Part shown: positions 62,930-64,000 of the stretch, one piece after another | How positions within the stretch are numbered: the first letter of the stretch is position 1 | Layout of the letters: the number at the start of each line of letters is the position of its first letter | Assembly (NCBI RefSeq): GCF_037042905.1 | Contig: NC_087251.1 | Location: forward strand, 7,690,001-7,754,000 | DNA length: 64,000 nt | Source: Lytechinus pictus | Taxonomy: Eukaryota | Direction of reading: 5' to 3' | Notes under the pieces: generated by a model | Told to the model about the DNA's origin: nothing | What the model saw: only the letters and a program-made list of their open reading frames with translations | The model's database searches: none | Program-made: the position numbers and the translations under genes

Positions 62930-63531
62930 AGGGGAATCCAACCCAAATAAAAACTTGTTTTTATAAGGAAAAGAAAAATCAGACAAGTTGATAGGTGAAA
63001 GTTTGTAACAATATTGGACAAACAACAAGAAAGTTATGAATATTTAAAAGTTATAAATATTGGTAATCACTATACCCATGGAGACTTGAAATTGGCCGCA
63101 TATGGGAAGTCTTAGTGATGTAAGGCAAGGACTACTCTTCCATGTACCGGTACTCCAATACATATTATGGCTAAAATGACAGTTTCCCCAAAAGTTTTAT
63201 TTCAAATTATAGTTTTCTTTCATGAGGACATAAAACAATATACTACCTGGGTTATATTTAGATTACTGCCCCAGGGGAATGGGTACTTATGAGAAAACCA
63301 CAAATCCCTGATAATAAAGTACATGGCCTATGGGAAAATTGTCCTTGCCCCTTGTCATAATTTACTTACTCAGTTGCCAATTTGAAATCTACATAGTATT
63401 AGTGATCTCAATTTTAAAGCAGCTATAACTTTCTTATTGCTTGTCCGATTTCTTTCAAACTTTCACCATTCTGTTTAATTTATTTTTCTCCTTCCCAACA
63501 CAACATTTTATAGCCAAGGCTGGATTCCCCT
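62930..63531. mobile_element. Kolobok-like TTAA element, family C
   Basis: TTAA|aggggaatcca ... tggattcccct|TTAA. Confidence 0.85.
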
Positions 63532-63668
63532 TTAAGGCCTGTTCAAGTTCATGTAGATACATACTTTCATTTTTTTATCTTAGCAATGGAGCTTGAAAAG
63601 TAAATACACAGCATTACAAACTGTCCTTACCATCCTCCTCCAATATTCATTCCACTTAATAAAGCCCC

Positions 63669-63840
63669 GGTGGCCGTTTCATAAAGCTGTTCGTAAGTTA
63701 AGAGCAACTTTAAGAACGACTGGTGATCCTTTCTTGTGGAAAATGGTATATTCATTGGCGATGGTCAAGCGGGAAGAAAGGATCACCAGTTGTTCTTAAA
63801 GTTGCTCTTATCTTACGAACAGCTTTATGAAACGGCTCCC
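63669..63840. mobile_element. Short hairpin MITE
   Basis: About 60-bp arms ccgtttcataaagctgttcgtaag / cttacgaacagctttatgaaacgg. Confidence 0.8.
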
Positions 63841-64000
63841 CGGTCCCACTGCACATATGGATGCAAAGCGGATGTAATACATAAAAAATCTTGCCATCCA
63901 CTGGAAAACGCTATGCATTTGTTGTGTACTCATTACATATGTGTTTCATACATTCTATCCATTGAGCATCCGTCCACTGTGATTTCGTCCGCACAAAAAC

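Noticed and set aside
1..64000. Remaining 60-130 aa ORFs, and any autonomous transposase
   Set aside because: They are low-complexity or repeat-derived with no recognisable domains, and no transposase ORF is visible in the window.

Overview
This is AT-rich eukaryotic genomic DNA, not prokaryotic. The repeat types suggest a marine invertebrate deuterostome, probably a sea urchin (inference). Two spliced + strand genes can be rebuilt from GT-AG boundaries: a B4GAT1-like beta-1,4-glucuronyltransferase (3 coding exons, 8198-13062, about 439 aa) and a CCDC85-like coiled-coil gene (6 coding exons, 36364-54825, about 387 aa). The rest is a dense, often nested set of repeats. Non-autonomous DNA transposons include hAT-like elements with 5-, 6- and 8-bp target-site duplications (TSDs), Harbinger-, Kolobok-, piggyBac-, Sola- and Tc/mariner-like elements, Helentron/HINE-like elements with about 162-bp internal repeats, and a foldback element. 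Retroelements include three tRNA-derived SINEs, decayed L1/Tx1 and Rex/Babar LINEs, and a Penelope-like fragment with a minimal hammerhead ribozyme. The most unusual signal is a strong, gene-body-biased excess of TACATGTA, with TACCGGTA and TAGGCCTA also recurring. Comparing repeat copies inside the window shows these are insertions at TA sites, consistent with transposon excision footprints. Also notable are 11-25 bp P-like micro-remnants with 7-bp duplications and a 302-bp palindrome with a 1-nt centre downstream of the CCDC85 stop. Transposon superfamily names rest on termini and TSDs only; no database search was run and counts are manual.
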